This document shows, one piece after another, positions 49,178 to 58,996 of a DNA stretch of 64,000 bases. Origin of the DNA: an uncultured delta proteobacterium (GTDB lineage: Bacteria > Desulfobacterota > RBG-13-43-22); NCBI GenBank assembly GCA_963843145.1, contig CAWJJC010000028.1, forward strand, positions 128,001 to 192,000. The letters run 5' to 3'. Both the position numbers and the translations under genes were made by a program. Under the pieces are notes generated by a model that saw only the letters and a list, made by a program, of their open reading frames with translations, searched no databases and was not told the DNA's origin. Numbering within the stretch: position 1 is the stretch's first letter; each line of letters starts with the position of its first letter.

Positions 49178-50378
49178 ATGGATGTGAGAAGAATGGTATC
49201 GATGTTGACAGCGACAGCTTTGGTGTGTGGTTTGTTGGTTTCCGGGGCACTGGCCGCGGATCCGATCAAGATCGCCCAGGTCGTGGGCGCGACCGGACCT
49301 CTGGAGGCCTATGCCAAACAATCCATCAACGGGTTTCAGTTGGGCCTGGAATACGCCACCAAGGGCACTATGACGGTCCTGAATCGTCCCCTGAAGGTTA
49401 TCATCAAGGATACCCAGGGGAAGCCCGAGGTGGGCAAGCAGATGCTGACCGAGGCGTTTAAGGATGATAAGGCCGACCTGGCGGTGGGCGGGGTGTCCTC
49501 GGCCGTGGCCCTGGCCATGCTCCCGGTGGCCAAGGAGTTCAAAAAGGTATTGATCGTCGAGCCGGCAGTGGCGGATTCCATCACTGGTTCGGACTGGAAC
49601 CGGTATATCTTCCGCACCGGTCGGAATTCTTCTCAGGATGCCATCTCCAACGCCGTGACCATAGCCAAACCCGGAGTGGTCATCGCCACCTTGGCTCAGG
49701 ACTATGCCTTCGGCCGGGACGGGGTGAAGGCCTATAAGGAGGCGGCGGAGGCCAAGGGGGCCAAGGTCGTCCATGAGGAATTCGCGCCCATCAATACCAC
49801 GGATTTTACCGCTCCGGTCCAGCGGATCATCCAGGCCTTGAAAGACCAGAAAGGGCGATAAATATCTCTTTATCATCTGGGCCGGCAAGGGCAATCCCTT
49901 CTCCATTGCCGAGATGAAACTGGATGAGAAATACGGGATCAAAATCAGCACCGGCGGCAACATTCTTGCGGCCTTGGCCCTATACAAGCCGTTGGTGGGG
50001 ATGAAGGGGGCCATCTACTATTACTATGAGATCCCCAAAAATCCCATCAATGACTGGTTGGTGAAGGAACACGAGAAGCGGTTTCATTCGCCGCCGGACT
50101 TCTTTACCTGCGGGGGCTTTTCAGCGGCCATTGCCGTGGTCAATGGGTTGACCAAGGCCGGTTCCACCGACAGCGAGAAGCTGATCTCCGCCCTGGAAGG
50201 AATGCACTTTCAGACCCCCAAGGGGGAAATGGTTTTTCGGCCCGAAGATCACCAGGCCCTCCAATCCATGTATGCCTTCAAAATCAAGGTGGATCCCAAC
50301 GTCAAATGGGCCATACCGGAATTGGTTCAGGAATTCACCTGGAAGGATATGAACATCCCCATCCACAACAAGAAGTAA
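49178..50378 (+). CDS. Branched-chain-type ABC substrate-binding protein, one frameshift near 49855
   Basis: Signal peptide; ..DQKG then GAT AAA TAT CTC (DKYLFIIWAG..) in the +1 frame joins ORF 49914-50378. Confidence 0.88.
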
Positions 50379-50382
50379 ACTC

Positions 50383-50580
50383 GGGCGCCGCGGCGCCTCC
50401 ATATACGGGAGGCGCCGCGGCATCCTCGAAGCATGAAACAGGAACGTTTTTAATCGGGTCATTGCGAGGAGTGAAGCGACGAAGCAATCCCCCTAAGGGT
50501 TTGGGACTTCCCGCAGGCACATCAGGGGGATTGCTTCGCATCGCTCGCAATGACTATGGGAGTGGGGTTATTTTCGAACC
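50383..50580 (-). repeat. GC hairpin + site half (CGAAGCATGAAA) + GTCATTGCGAG..CTCGCAATGAC REP (50458-50554)
   Basis: Inverted arms seen directly; similar unit at 56806-56919. Confidence 0.75.
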
Positions 50581-50595
50581 AAACTGGAGCCGGCG

Positions 50596-51363
50596 ATGAA
50601 CCAGTCACCGATTATCGAAACCCGGGACCTGACCATCCGTTTCGGCGGCAATGTTGCCGTCCATAAGGTCAACCTCAAGGTTGAGCCCTATTGCCTCAAG
50701 TCCCTCATCGGTCCCAACGGGGCAGGGAAGACCACCTTGTTTAACTTGATCAGCGGCCAGTATAAACCTACGTCGGGAAAGGTGCTGTTCAAGGGGCGGG
50801 ACGTTACCGGCCTGGGACCGGCTGATCGGACCCGGCTCGGGCTGGGGCGGTCGTTTCAATTGACCAATATATTTCCCACCCTGACCGTGCTGGAAAATGT
50901 CCGGGTGGCCCTCCAGTCCAAGGCCGAGGTGGGCTTTGTTTTCTGGCGCTATTACCGGTCCTATAGCGCGCTGGAAGACCAGGCCTACGAGCTGTTGCAG
51001 CAGGTCCTGCTGGGGGACCGCTGGGCCGATGCCGCCGCCAACCTGACCCATGGGGAGAAACGTAAGCTGGAAATCGCCATCCTCCTGGCTCTGGATCCCG
51101 AGGTGTTGCTCCTGGATGAACCCACGGCCGGCATGAGTCTGGAGGAGGTCCCGGCCATCCTTGATCTTATCCAGGAGATCAAGGCCGGAAGGAATCGGAC
51201 GATCCTTTTGGTGGAGCATAAATTTGACATGATCATGACCGTTTCCGACACGATTGCCGTGCTCAAGGATGGCCGTCTCCTCTGCGACGGTTCGCCCGAC
51301 ACGGTCGCTCAAAACCAGGAGGTCCAAGAAGCCTATTTATCCGGAGGGGTGAAGCATGACTGA
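50596..51363 (+). CDS. ABC ATP-binding protein (LivG-like)
   Basis: GPNGAGKTT, LLDEPTAG. Confidence 0.93.
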   Translation: MNQSPIIETRDLTIRFGGNVAVHKVNLKVEPYCLKSLIGPNGAGKTTLFNLISGQYKPTSGKVLFKGRDVTGLGPADRTRLGLGRSFQLTNIFPTLTVLENVRVALQSKAEVGFVFWRYYRSYSALEDQAYELLQQVLLGDRWADAAANLTHGEKRKLEIAILLALDPEVLLLDEPTAGMSLEEVPAILDLIQEIKAGRNRTILLVEHKFDMIMTVSDTIAVLKDGRLLCDGSPDTVAQNQEVQEAYLSGGVKHD

Positions 51364-52066
51364 ATCGATCCTTTCTCTTCTGGATGTGCACACCCATATT
51401 CAGCAGCATCATATCCTCCAGGGGGTGTCTCTTGAGGTCAACCCCGGAAGAGCCACCGTGCTTTTAGGAAGAAACGGCGCCGGCAAGTCCACGACCTTGC
51501 GGACCATCATGGGGCTTAGCCCGGCCACAGCGGGGACGATAACGTTTGGCGGCCAGGCCATTCAAGGCCGTAAGCCTTTTGAAATCGCCCGCTTGGGCCT
51601 GGGGTTTGTTCCCGAAGATTTTGCCGTTGTCTACTCCTTGACCGTGGAAGAAAATTTTCGCTTGGCCATGTTCAAAGAAAGCAGAGAAGCCTGGCATCGA
51701 TTGGAAGCCATCTTTAAGCTGTTCCCGGACCTCAAGAAGTTCCTCCATTCCAAAGCCGGGCTCCTGTCCGGAGGCCAGAAGCAAATGCTGGCTATAGCCC
51801 TGGCCCTGACCCTGGAGCATCAAATCGTTTTAATCGACGAACCCTCAAAGGGGTTAGCGCCCGTGGTAGTCGAACATCTGGGGGAGGCGCTTAACCAGAT
51901 CAAGGAAACAACCACCATCGTTTTGGTGGAACAGAATTTTTATTTAGCCAGTAAGGTGGGGCAGGATTATTTTATCCTGGATGACGGCCGGGTGGTTCAC
52001 CAGGGACTCATGGAGGATCTGGTGAAGGACCATGAGCTGAAACAAAAATACCTGGGCATAGCCTGA
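51356..52066 (+). CDS. ABC ATP-binding protein (LivF-like)
   Basis: GRNGAGKST, LSGGQKQML, DEPSKGLAP. Confidence 0.93.
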   Translation: MTESILSLLDVHTHIQQHHILQGVSLEVNPGRATVLLGRNGAGKSTTLRTIMGLSPATAGTITFGGQAIQGRKPFEIARLGLGFVPEDFAVVYSLTVEENFRLAMFKESREAWHRLEAIFKLFPDLKKFLHSKAGLLSGGQKQMLAIALALTLEHQIVLIDEPSKGLAPVVVEHLGEALNQIKETTTIVLVEQNFYLASKVGQDYFILDDGRVVHQGLMEDLVKDHELKQKYLGIA

Positions 52067-52079
52067 CAGGAGGGATTCA

Positions 52080-53099
52080 ATGGCGGGTGAGGCAGGACTG
52101 GCGGGTTCGATAAATCGTGCAGATTGGGATGCCCGGAAAATAGCCAGTTGGATCCTGGGTATAGGGATATGGGTTGTGCCCCTTTGGTGGATCGACCTGA
52201 CCACCTATTTGACCTTGACCATCGCCGGTGTGACCATGGGGGCGCTTCTCTTCCTGACCGCCTCGGGGCTGACCGTGATCTTCGGTCTCATGGATGTACT
52301 CAACCTGGCCCACGGAGCCTTTTTTGCCTGGGGGGCCTATGCCGGGTTCAGCCTTTTGAACATCCTGGACAAAAAAGGCTGGCTGAACCTGGCGACGCTG
52401 GGCCAGAGCGTGGGAAGTCTGGTTTTGGTCCTGTTGCTCGCGCTGATAGTGGGCGGATTATTGGGTATTATCCTGGAAAAGATCATCATCCGCAAGACCT
52501 ACGGAAATCATCTTAAACAGATTCTGATCACCATGGGTGCGGCCCTGGTCATGTCTGAAATCATCAAGATTTTCTGGGGACCTAACGATGAAGCCTTAAT
52601 GGTGCCGGCCGCTTTCCAGGAGTCCTGGGATATTTTTAATATCATCATAACTAAGTTTCGAGTGGTGGCCATTGTCGTCGGAGGGATCTTCTTCGCCGCT
52701 ATCCAATTGGTGCTGCGGAAGACCAAGCTGGGAATCATCGTCCGGGCCGGGGTGGAAAACAAGGAGATCGTCCAGGTCATGGGATACAACATCCAGCGGA
52801 TTTTTACCGGAGTTTTTGCAGCCGGAGCGGCCCTGGCCGCCATGGGCGGAGCGATGTTTTCCATTTTTAACGGGCACGTTTACCCCGCCATGGGGGATGA
52901 GAATTTGATCTTCGCCTTGATCGTGGTCATCATCGGCGGCCTGGGTTCGGTCACCGGCAGTTTCCTGGGGGCGATCATGGTCGGCCTGGCCTTCAACTAC
53001 GTAGCCTTTCTGGTGCCCAAACTGGCCCTCGGCGTAAACATCTTGATCATGGCCGTCATACTGCTTATTCGACCCAAGGGACTTCTGGGCCGAGATTAG
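52080..53099 (+). CDS. ABC permease (LivH-like)
   Basis: GLTVIFGLMDVLNLAHG, IIGGLGS, IRPKGLLG. Confidence 0.92.
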   Translation: MAGEAGLAGSINRADWDARKIASWILGIGIWVVPLWWIDLTTYLTLTIAGVTMGALLFLTASGLTVIFGLMDVLNLAHGAFFAWGAYAGFSLLNILDKKGWLNLATLGQSVGSLVLVLLLALIVGGLLGIILEKIIIRKTYGNHLKQILITMGAALVMSEIIKIFWGPNDEALMVPAAFQESWDIFNIIITKFRVVAIVVGGIFFAAIQLVLRKTKLGIIVRAGVENKEIVQVMGYNIQRIFTGVFAAGAALAAMGGAMFSIFNGHVYPAMGDENLIFALIVVIIGGLGSVTGSFLGAIMVGLAFNYVAFLVPKLALGVNILIMAVILLIRPKGLLGRD

Positions 53100-53108
53100 A
53101 CGGGGGGA

Positions 53109-54215
53109 ATGATGACGGAAAGCAATCCGGTTCAACAGGAACGGCTTCGGGAACTACAGACCCGCTTTTCCCAGCCGGCTTTTTATATACAACTGGTCCT
53201 GCTGGGCGTCCTGCTGGTGATCCCTCTGGCCTTTTCTTCCTTCCGGGTCATCGACGTCGTGGCTAAGATCATGATTTTCGCCGTGTTTGTGGCTTCCTAC
53301 GACCTGTTGCTGGGATACAGCGGCCTGCTTTCTCTGGGCCATTCCATGTTTTTCGGAATCGGGGCCTATTCCCTGGCGCTGGTGATCTACCATTTTGGCC
53401 CTCCCGTCTGGTACCACCTGGTCCTGGCTACCGGGGTGGCCCTGGCCCTGAGCATTTCCATGGCCTTGATCATCGCCTTCTTCTCCCTCCGCGTCAAGGC
53501 CATCTTCTTCGCCATGATGACCCTGGCCCTGGCGGAATTCGCCGATATCCTGGCCGTTCAGTGGTATGACCTGACCCGGGCCGAAGACGGCGTCTCCTTC
53601 ACGCTGCCGGGGATTTTTAGTGTGGGCTGGTCGGCCCCCCGTTTGTTCGGGATGGAGATCAACGGCCGGCTCCTGACTTATTATTTCATTCTGGTCGTTG
53701 CCGTGCTCCTGTTTGTCGGCCTGCTGCGTTTTGTTCACTCCCCGGTGGGGCGAGTGCTCAAGGCCGTCCGCGACAATGAACCGCGGGCCACCGCCCTGGG
53801 GTATCACACCTTTCGCTACCAGGTCCTGGCCATCGTCTTCGGGTCGAGCATCGCCTCATTAACCGGGATCCTTTACGCCATGTGGCTGCGCTACGTGAAT
53901 CCCGGCTCCGTCTTAAGCCTGCCCATCATGCTCGACGTACTGCTCATGGTCATCATCGGCGGGCTGGGGACGATGTACGGCAGCATCGTCGGGGCCGCCT
54001 TTATCAAGATCGCCGAGACCTGGCTGCCGGATCTCCAAAAGGTGGCCCAGCGTCTGCTGCCCCATGTCGCCATCGCCCAACGCCTGGCCGAGCGATGGAT
54101 CCTCTATTTCGGGATCCTTTTCATCCTGGTGGTTTTTTTCTTTCCCAAGGGCTTCGTGGGGACCGCCCGGGAAATCATCAAACGGCACCGGGGACGCCGT
54201 TCGGAAGGAGACTGA
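53109..54215 (+). CDS. ABC permease (LivM-like)
   Basis: GYSGLLSLGHSMFFGIGAY, AVRDNE, IIGGLGT. Confidence 0.92.
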   Translation: MMTESNPVQQERLRELQTRFSQPAFYIQLVLLGVLLVIPLAFSSFRVIDVVAKIMIFAVFVASYDLLLGYSGLLSLGHSMFFGIGAYSLALVIYHFGPPVWYHLVLATGVALALSISMALIIAFFSLRVKAIFFAMMTLALAEFADILAVQWYDLTRAEDGVSFTLPGIFSVGWSAPRLFGMEINGRLLTYYFILVVAVLLFVGLLRFVHSPVGRVLKAVRDNEPRATALGYHTFRYQVLAIVFGSSIASLTGILYAMWLRYVNPGSVLSLPIMLDVLLMVIIGGLGTMYGSIVGAAFIKIAETWLPDLQKVAQRLLPHVAIAQRLAERWILYFGILFILVVFFFPKGFVGTAREIIKRHRGRRSEGD

Positions 54216-54223
54216 TTCGCCTC

Positions 54224-55273
54224 ATGCCTGATAAAGGACCGACCGCCGGCTTGCTCAGCCTGGCCACCTATATCCCGCGGACCTATCACGACGCCGATTT
54301 CATTGCCTCCCAGTGCGAGACTCCGGCGGAGATTATCCGCAGCAAACTGGGTTGGTACCAGAAAAACGTCCCCGGCCCGGGTGACGGGACCGTGGCCATG
54401 GGCCTGAAGGCCGCTCGCAAGGCCCTCTATTACTCGGGATTAAAACCGGAGGAGATCGATCTGGTTATTTACAGCGGCGAAGAGGTCAAGGAATATCGCA
54501 ATTGGCCGGTGGGCCCCAAGATCCAGAAAGAACTGGGGCTGCGCCGGGCTTGGTCCTTTGATCTGCAGCAACGCTGCGGTACGACCCTGGTGGCTTTCAA
54601 GCTGGTCCGGGACATGATCCGGTCGGATCCCGGCCTGAAAAATATCCTGATCGTCAGCGGATACCGCAATGCCGATTTGATCCATTATCCTAATCCCCGA
54701 GTGCGCTGGCTCTATTACCTGGCGGCCGGCGGGGCCGCCTGCGTAGTCCAGCGGGACTGTCCTCGCAACGAGATACTGGAAAGCCACTTCCTGACCGACG
54801 GATCCTTCGCCTGGGACGTCTACTGCCCCGAGGGGGGGTCGGCCGCCCCCATGACCCTGGAGGGACTGAAGACGGGAAAACAATATCTGGACGTGATGGA
54901 CCCGGTGGGCATGAAGGACAGGCTGGAGCGACTGAGCCTGAGCAACTGGCTACTCTGCATCGACCAGGCCCTGGCCAAAGGGGGATATGCCCGGTCCGAT
55001 GTCGATTACCTGGCGACCCTGCTGGTCAAGCGCAGCGCCCACGACTTTCTGATGAAGTCCCTCGGCCTGCGACCGGAACAGACGCGCTATCTGGCCGAGT
55101 TCGGCCACCACGGCCAAAACGATCAGATCCTCTCCCTGGAGCTGGCGTTGGAGGAGGGGCGCCTCAAGGAAGGGGATCTGGTCCTGATGATTTCCGCCGG
55201 GATCGGATATGCCTGGAACGTAGTGTTGCTGCGCTGGGGCGCGTGTCGACCAAAGAAGGGCGGTGGCGAATAA
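54224..55273 (+). CDS. 3-oxoacyl-ACP synthase III-like (FabH superfamily) protein
   Basis: FDLQQRCGT catalytic Cys, KRSAH, GHHGQNDQ, AGIGYAW; ATG 54224 after GGAG. Confidence 0.85.
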   Translation: MPDKGPTAGLLSLATYIPRTYHDADFIASQCETPAEIIRSKLGWYQKNVPGPGDGTVAMGLKAARKALYYSGLKPEEIDLVIYSGEEVKEYRNWPVGPKIQKELGLRRAWSFDLQQRCGTTLVAFKLVRDMIRSDPGLKNILIVSGYRNADLIHYPNPRVRWLYYLAAGGAACVVQRDCPRNEILESHFLTDGSFAWDVYCPEGGSAAPMTLEGLKTGKQYLDVMDPVGMKDRLERLSLSNWLLCIDQALAKGGYARSDVDYLATLLVKRSAHDFLMKSLGLRPEQTRYLAEFGHHGQNDQILSLELALEEGRLKEGDLVLMISAGIGYAWNVVLLRWGACRPKKGGGE

Positions 55274-56797
55274 ATGCTCTACGGAGACTGGATTGGTCGT
55301 TGGGGAGACAGCGTTCCGGAGATTGAAGCCCTGGTGGATATCCCCCGGAATCAACGCCTGACCTACGGGGAACTCAACCATGACGTCAATCGTCTGGCCC
55401 ATTTTCTGTCGGTCCGGCTGGGAATAGGCAAAGGCGATCGGGTAGCCGTGCTGGCCTACAACCGGGCGGATTATATCACCCTTTTCTTTGCCGCCGGCCG
55501 ACTGGGGGCCATTCTGGTGCCCCTTAATTTTCGTCTGGCCATCGATGAATTTTTTTATTTTTTTAAGGACGCCGCCCCCCGGGCCTTCTTCTTTGATCGG
55601 GAACACCTGGAGGTGGTACGGGAACTGCAGCCCAGGCTGAACGTGGACCATTATGTCTGCCTGGATCCGGATGACCGACTGGGCCCCAGCCTGGCTTCCT
55701 GCTGGGACCAATTGCCCGCCGACCCGCTTCCGGAAGTGGAGCTGAAGGCGAATGATCCCCAATTGATCATCTATACCTCGGGCACCACCGGTCTGCCCAA
55801 GGGGGTGATCCTGACCTACGGCATGATCACCTGGAATTCCATCAACAGCCATTTGGGCTGGGGACTGCGCCGGGGCGAGCGGACCATCCTGCACTCCGCC
55901 CTTTTCTATACCGCCGGTTGGAACGTCTTTACCCTGCCCTTGTTCCATGGACTGGGGACCAACATCCTCATCCAGCGCTTCGAGGCCGACTTGATATTGG
56001 ACCTTATCGAACGGGAACGGGTCACCATTTTTTTCGCGGTCCCGACCATGTACCAAATGCTGATGGAATCTCCCCGGTTTGCGGGCGCCGATCTATCCAG
56101 TATCTGGTTCCTGGTCTCCGGCGGTGCGCCGCTGACCGAAAAAATATTTCAGACTTTTAAAAAAGAAAAGGGCCTTCATCTCCGAGAAGGATATGGCCTG
56201 ACCGAGGCGGGTCCCAACCTGTTCATGGCCGACGGAAAATTGAAGACCGTGGGCCGTCCCATGCCTCACGTGGACCTGAAGCAGATCGATGACCAGGGGA
56301 ACGAAGTACCCGCCGGCACCGACGGGGAATTGATCGTCCACGGCGATATGGTCTGTGCCGGCTATTGGAACAAGCCTGAGGCCACGGCTGAGGCCCTGAA
56401 GGACGGCTGGTTCCATACCGGAGACCTGACCCAAAAGGACGCCGAGGGTCATTATCGCATCGTGGGCCGTAAAAAAGATATGTTCATCTCCGGAGGCGTC
56501 AACATCTATCCCGCCGAAATCGAGCGGCTGATCGAAACCCATCCCAGGGTGACCGCCGTGGCGGTCATCGGCGTTCCGGATGAGAAGTGGGGGGAGGTCG
56601 GCAAGGCCTGTTTGGTGCCGCATCCCGGCGAGAGCCTGGGCCTGGAGGAACTACAGGATTTTCTGCGCAATAAAATGGCGAAATATAAAATTCCCAAGTA
56701 CCTGATCCTCCTTAAGTCGTTGCCGCGAACGGTGGCTTCGGAGAAGGTTCAAAAGTTTATTCTTAAGCAAAAACACGGTAAGGCGGATAACCATTGA
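55274..56797 (+). CDS. Acyl-CoA synthetase (AMP-forming)
   Basis: YTSGTTGLPKG, GYGLTE, FHTGD. Confidence 0.93.
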   Translation: MLYGDWIGRWGDSVPEIEALVDIPRNQRLTYGELNHDVNRLAHFLSVRLGIGKGDRVAVLAYNRADYITLFFAAGRLGAILVPLNFRLAIDEFFYFFKDAAPRAFFFDREHLEVVRELQPRLNVDHYVCLDPDDRLGPSLASCWDQLPADPLPEVELKANDPQLIIYTSGTTGLPKGVILTYGMITWNSINSHLGWGLRRGERTILHSALFYTAGWNVFTLPLFHGLGTNILIQRFEADLILDLIERERVTIFFAVPTMYQMLMESPRFAGADLSSIWFLVSGGAPLTEKIFQTFKKEKGLHLREGYGLTEAGPNLFMADGKLKTVGRPMPHVDLKQIDDQGNEVPAGTDGELIVHGDMVCAGYWNKPEATAEALKDGWFHTGDLTQKDAEGHYRIVGRKKDMFISGGVNIYPAEIERLIETHPRVTAVAVIGVPDEKWGEVGKACLVPHPGESLGLEELQDFLRNKMAKYKIPKYLILLKSLPRTVASEKVQKFILKQKHGKADNH

Positions 56798-56805
56798 TTG
56801 GTCGG

Positions 56806-56919
56806 GGGCACCCGCGAAGCATGAAAATACAGACCCCCGGTCATTGCGAGGAGCGAAGTGACGAAGCAATCTCCCAGGCAGTTTTCAACCCTTGCCAGAC
56901 CCAAGCGGGGGATTGCTTC
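56806..56919 (-). repeat. Site half (GGGCACCCGCGAAGCATGAAAAT) + truncated GTCATTGCGAG REP
   Basis: Right arm stops at GATTGCTTC where the transposase sequence begins. Confidence 0.75.
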
Positions 56920-57883
56920 AGTCGGGCGATTGAACACCTGAAGAAACGATTTGTTGAAGAAGGGCTGGAAGCGGCTCTGGAGCGTAAGCCCCGGGAAAAG
57001 CCTTCACGGGAATACATTTGACGGTGCCTTTGAAGCCCTATTAATCGCCTTGGCCTGTTCAGAAGCCCCGGAAGGTCGCCGACGCTGGACAATTAGACTT
57101 CTGGCCGACAAGGCCGTCGAACTCGGATGGCCCCCGTCGGTGTCGCATATGACGATACAGCGGGTTTTAAAAAAAACGAACTTAAGCCTCACCGCAGCCG
57201 ATACTGGAAAATACCTCCCGAAGGGAATGCGGCCTTTGTAGCCCAGACGGAAGATGTCTTGGATATTTATCATTTGCCCTATGATCCGGACTACCCGGTA
57301 GTATGCATGGACGAATCCAACAAGCAAATGATCGGTAAGTCGGCCAGCCTATCCCCCGCGCCCCGGGACAAGGCGCGCACTCACGATGAATATGTCCGCC
57401 ACGGGGTGGCCGAGATATTTATGGAAGTGGAACGTCTTGCTGGCAAAAGACATGTCGCCGTCATGGAATGTCGTACCCGTAAAGATTGGGCCAGGCAAAT
57501 CAAGCAAATGCTGGATAAACGCAACCCGAAGCGATGAAGGTACGTTTGGTTATGGATAATCTGAATACCCACAATATCGCCTCACTCTTCGAGACCTTTG
57601 AACCCAAGGAAGCCAGACGTTTGGTGGAACGACTGGATATTCATTACACCCCGAAACACGGAAGCTGGTTAAACATGGCGGAAATCGAACTCAGCGTCCT
57701 GAATGGACAATGCCTCGATCCCCGGATTCCGGACATGGCCACCATGCAAACTGAAGTAGCTGCTTGGGAAAGTGAACGAAACAACCGGGCAAAAAAAAAT
57801 TTAATGTGGCAATTCATTACCAAAGACCGCTCGGATTAGATTGAAAAGGCTTTATCCGAAACCTATAATTGTATAAATGATAT
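56920..57883 (+). mobile_element. IS630-family element remnant, 5'-truncated, with frameshifts
   Basis: APEGRRRWTIRLLA, LKKNELKP slippery A8 at 57169-57176, VVCMDE, VMDNLNTH, YTPKHGSWLNMAEIE. Confidence 0.9.
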
Positions 57884-57899
57884 TATGGATAGGTTATTC

Positions 57900-58071
57900 C
57901 CGTCAGCGTTTTTGAGCCGGGAAGATATTATCACGTCCTACGCCCAGATGCTCGAAATGAGCCAGGCCTTGATTCATTCCCAGATATGTCTGTCTGCCGG
58001 ATACCGGCCACGCGGCATTTCTGGAAAAAATGGACACCTTCTGCACCCTCATTAGAGGGTTTATTAGTTAA
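57900..58071 (+). pseudogene. C-terminal remnant of an alpha/beta hydrolase
   Basis: EDIITSYAQMLEM.. then, after a frameshift, TGHAAFLEKMDTFCTLIRGFIS*. Confidence 0.6.
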
Positions 58072-58089
58072 AGAATAGGGAGGGAAACC

Positions 58090-58875
58090 ATGCTAGATAT
58101 AAAGGATTCAGTGGCGGTCATCACCGGCGGCGGAGGAGGCATCGGCCTGGCCCTGGCCCGGTATTGGACGGCCGGAGGCGGCCGCGTGGTATTGGCCGAC
58201 GTGGCGGAAGCGGCCCTGGAAAAGGCCAGAGCCGAACTCGGACCGGAGACGGTTACGGTCGTCTGCGATGTGACCAAAGAAGACGATTGCGCCCGGTTGG
58301 CGGATACGGCTATCGACCGCTTCGGGAAGATCAACCTGGTGGCCCCCTTTGCCGGCATCATCCTGGACGGCCTGCTGGTCTCCACTGACCGGGAAACCGG
58401 AAGGGTGACCAAGAAGATGTCGCTGGGCACGTTCCAAAAGGTCATCGACATCAATCTGACCGGAGTATTTCTGACCGTCCGGGAATGCGTCGAGCGGATG
58501 ATCAACCACGCCTGCCGGGGGCTGATCTGCCTGATCTCCTCCACCGGGTCCCTGGGGACGGCCGGCCAGATCAACTACGCCTCCACCAAGGCGGCTATGT
58601 CGGTGATGCCCAAAGTGCTGACGGCCGAATTTTTCCGGCGGGGCCTGGCGGATCGGATCCGCTGCGCCGCCGTGGCCCCAGGGTATGTGGGCACGGAAAT
58701 GGTGCGGGGCATGAATCAGAAGGCACTGGAAAAGATCTTGGTCGATGTTCCCCTCGGCCGTCTGGTCGAGCCGGAGGAAGTGGCCTCCCTGGTGGGCGAG
58801 ATCTACCGGAACGAAGCCCTGGCCGGGGAGACCTTCTTTATCCACGGGGGATTGCGCCTGGGCTCGAAAGGGTAG
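58090..58875 (+). CDS. SDR oxidoreductase (FabG-like)
   Basis: TGGGGGIG, GQINYASTK, VAPGY. Confidence 0.92.
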   Translation: MLDIKDSVAVITGGGGGIGLALARYWTAGGGRVVLADVAEAALEKARAELGPETVTVVCDVTKEDDCARLADTAIDRFGKINLVAPFAGIILDGLLVSTDRETGRVTKKMSLGTFQKVIDINLTGVFLTVRECVERMINHACRGLICLISSTGSLGTAGQINYASTKAAMSVMPKVLTAEFFRRGLADRIRCAAVAPGYVGTEMVRGMNQKALEKILVDVPLGRLVEPEEVASLVGEIYRNEALAGETFFIHGGLRLGSKG

Positions 58876-58996
58876 CCGGGGTTTCCACCGATCGGATTCG
58901 GGGGAGGGTTTGACCATCAAGGAGTTCTAAAGGGTGGCAGAGGCAGGTGGTTCGGCCGAATCCGAATCTATTCAAATTCAACGTCTGCCCCCTCCT

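Noticed and set aside
48905-50014. Long antisense ORFs (48905-50014, 54950-56056, 37551-38387, 58108-58920)
   Set aside because: Antisense shadows of well-supported genes with GC-biased third positions.
53882-54223. N-terminal extensions in the ORF track (also 29661, 31220, 39560, 46952, 61210, 62946)
   Set aside because: They overlap upstream genes or leaders; downstream ATGs with RBS or stop-start coupling fit better.
57169-57176. Novel recoding site
   Set aside because: A-rich frameshift at LKKNELKP is an ordinary IS630 feature.
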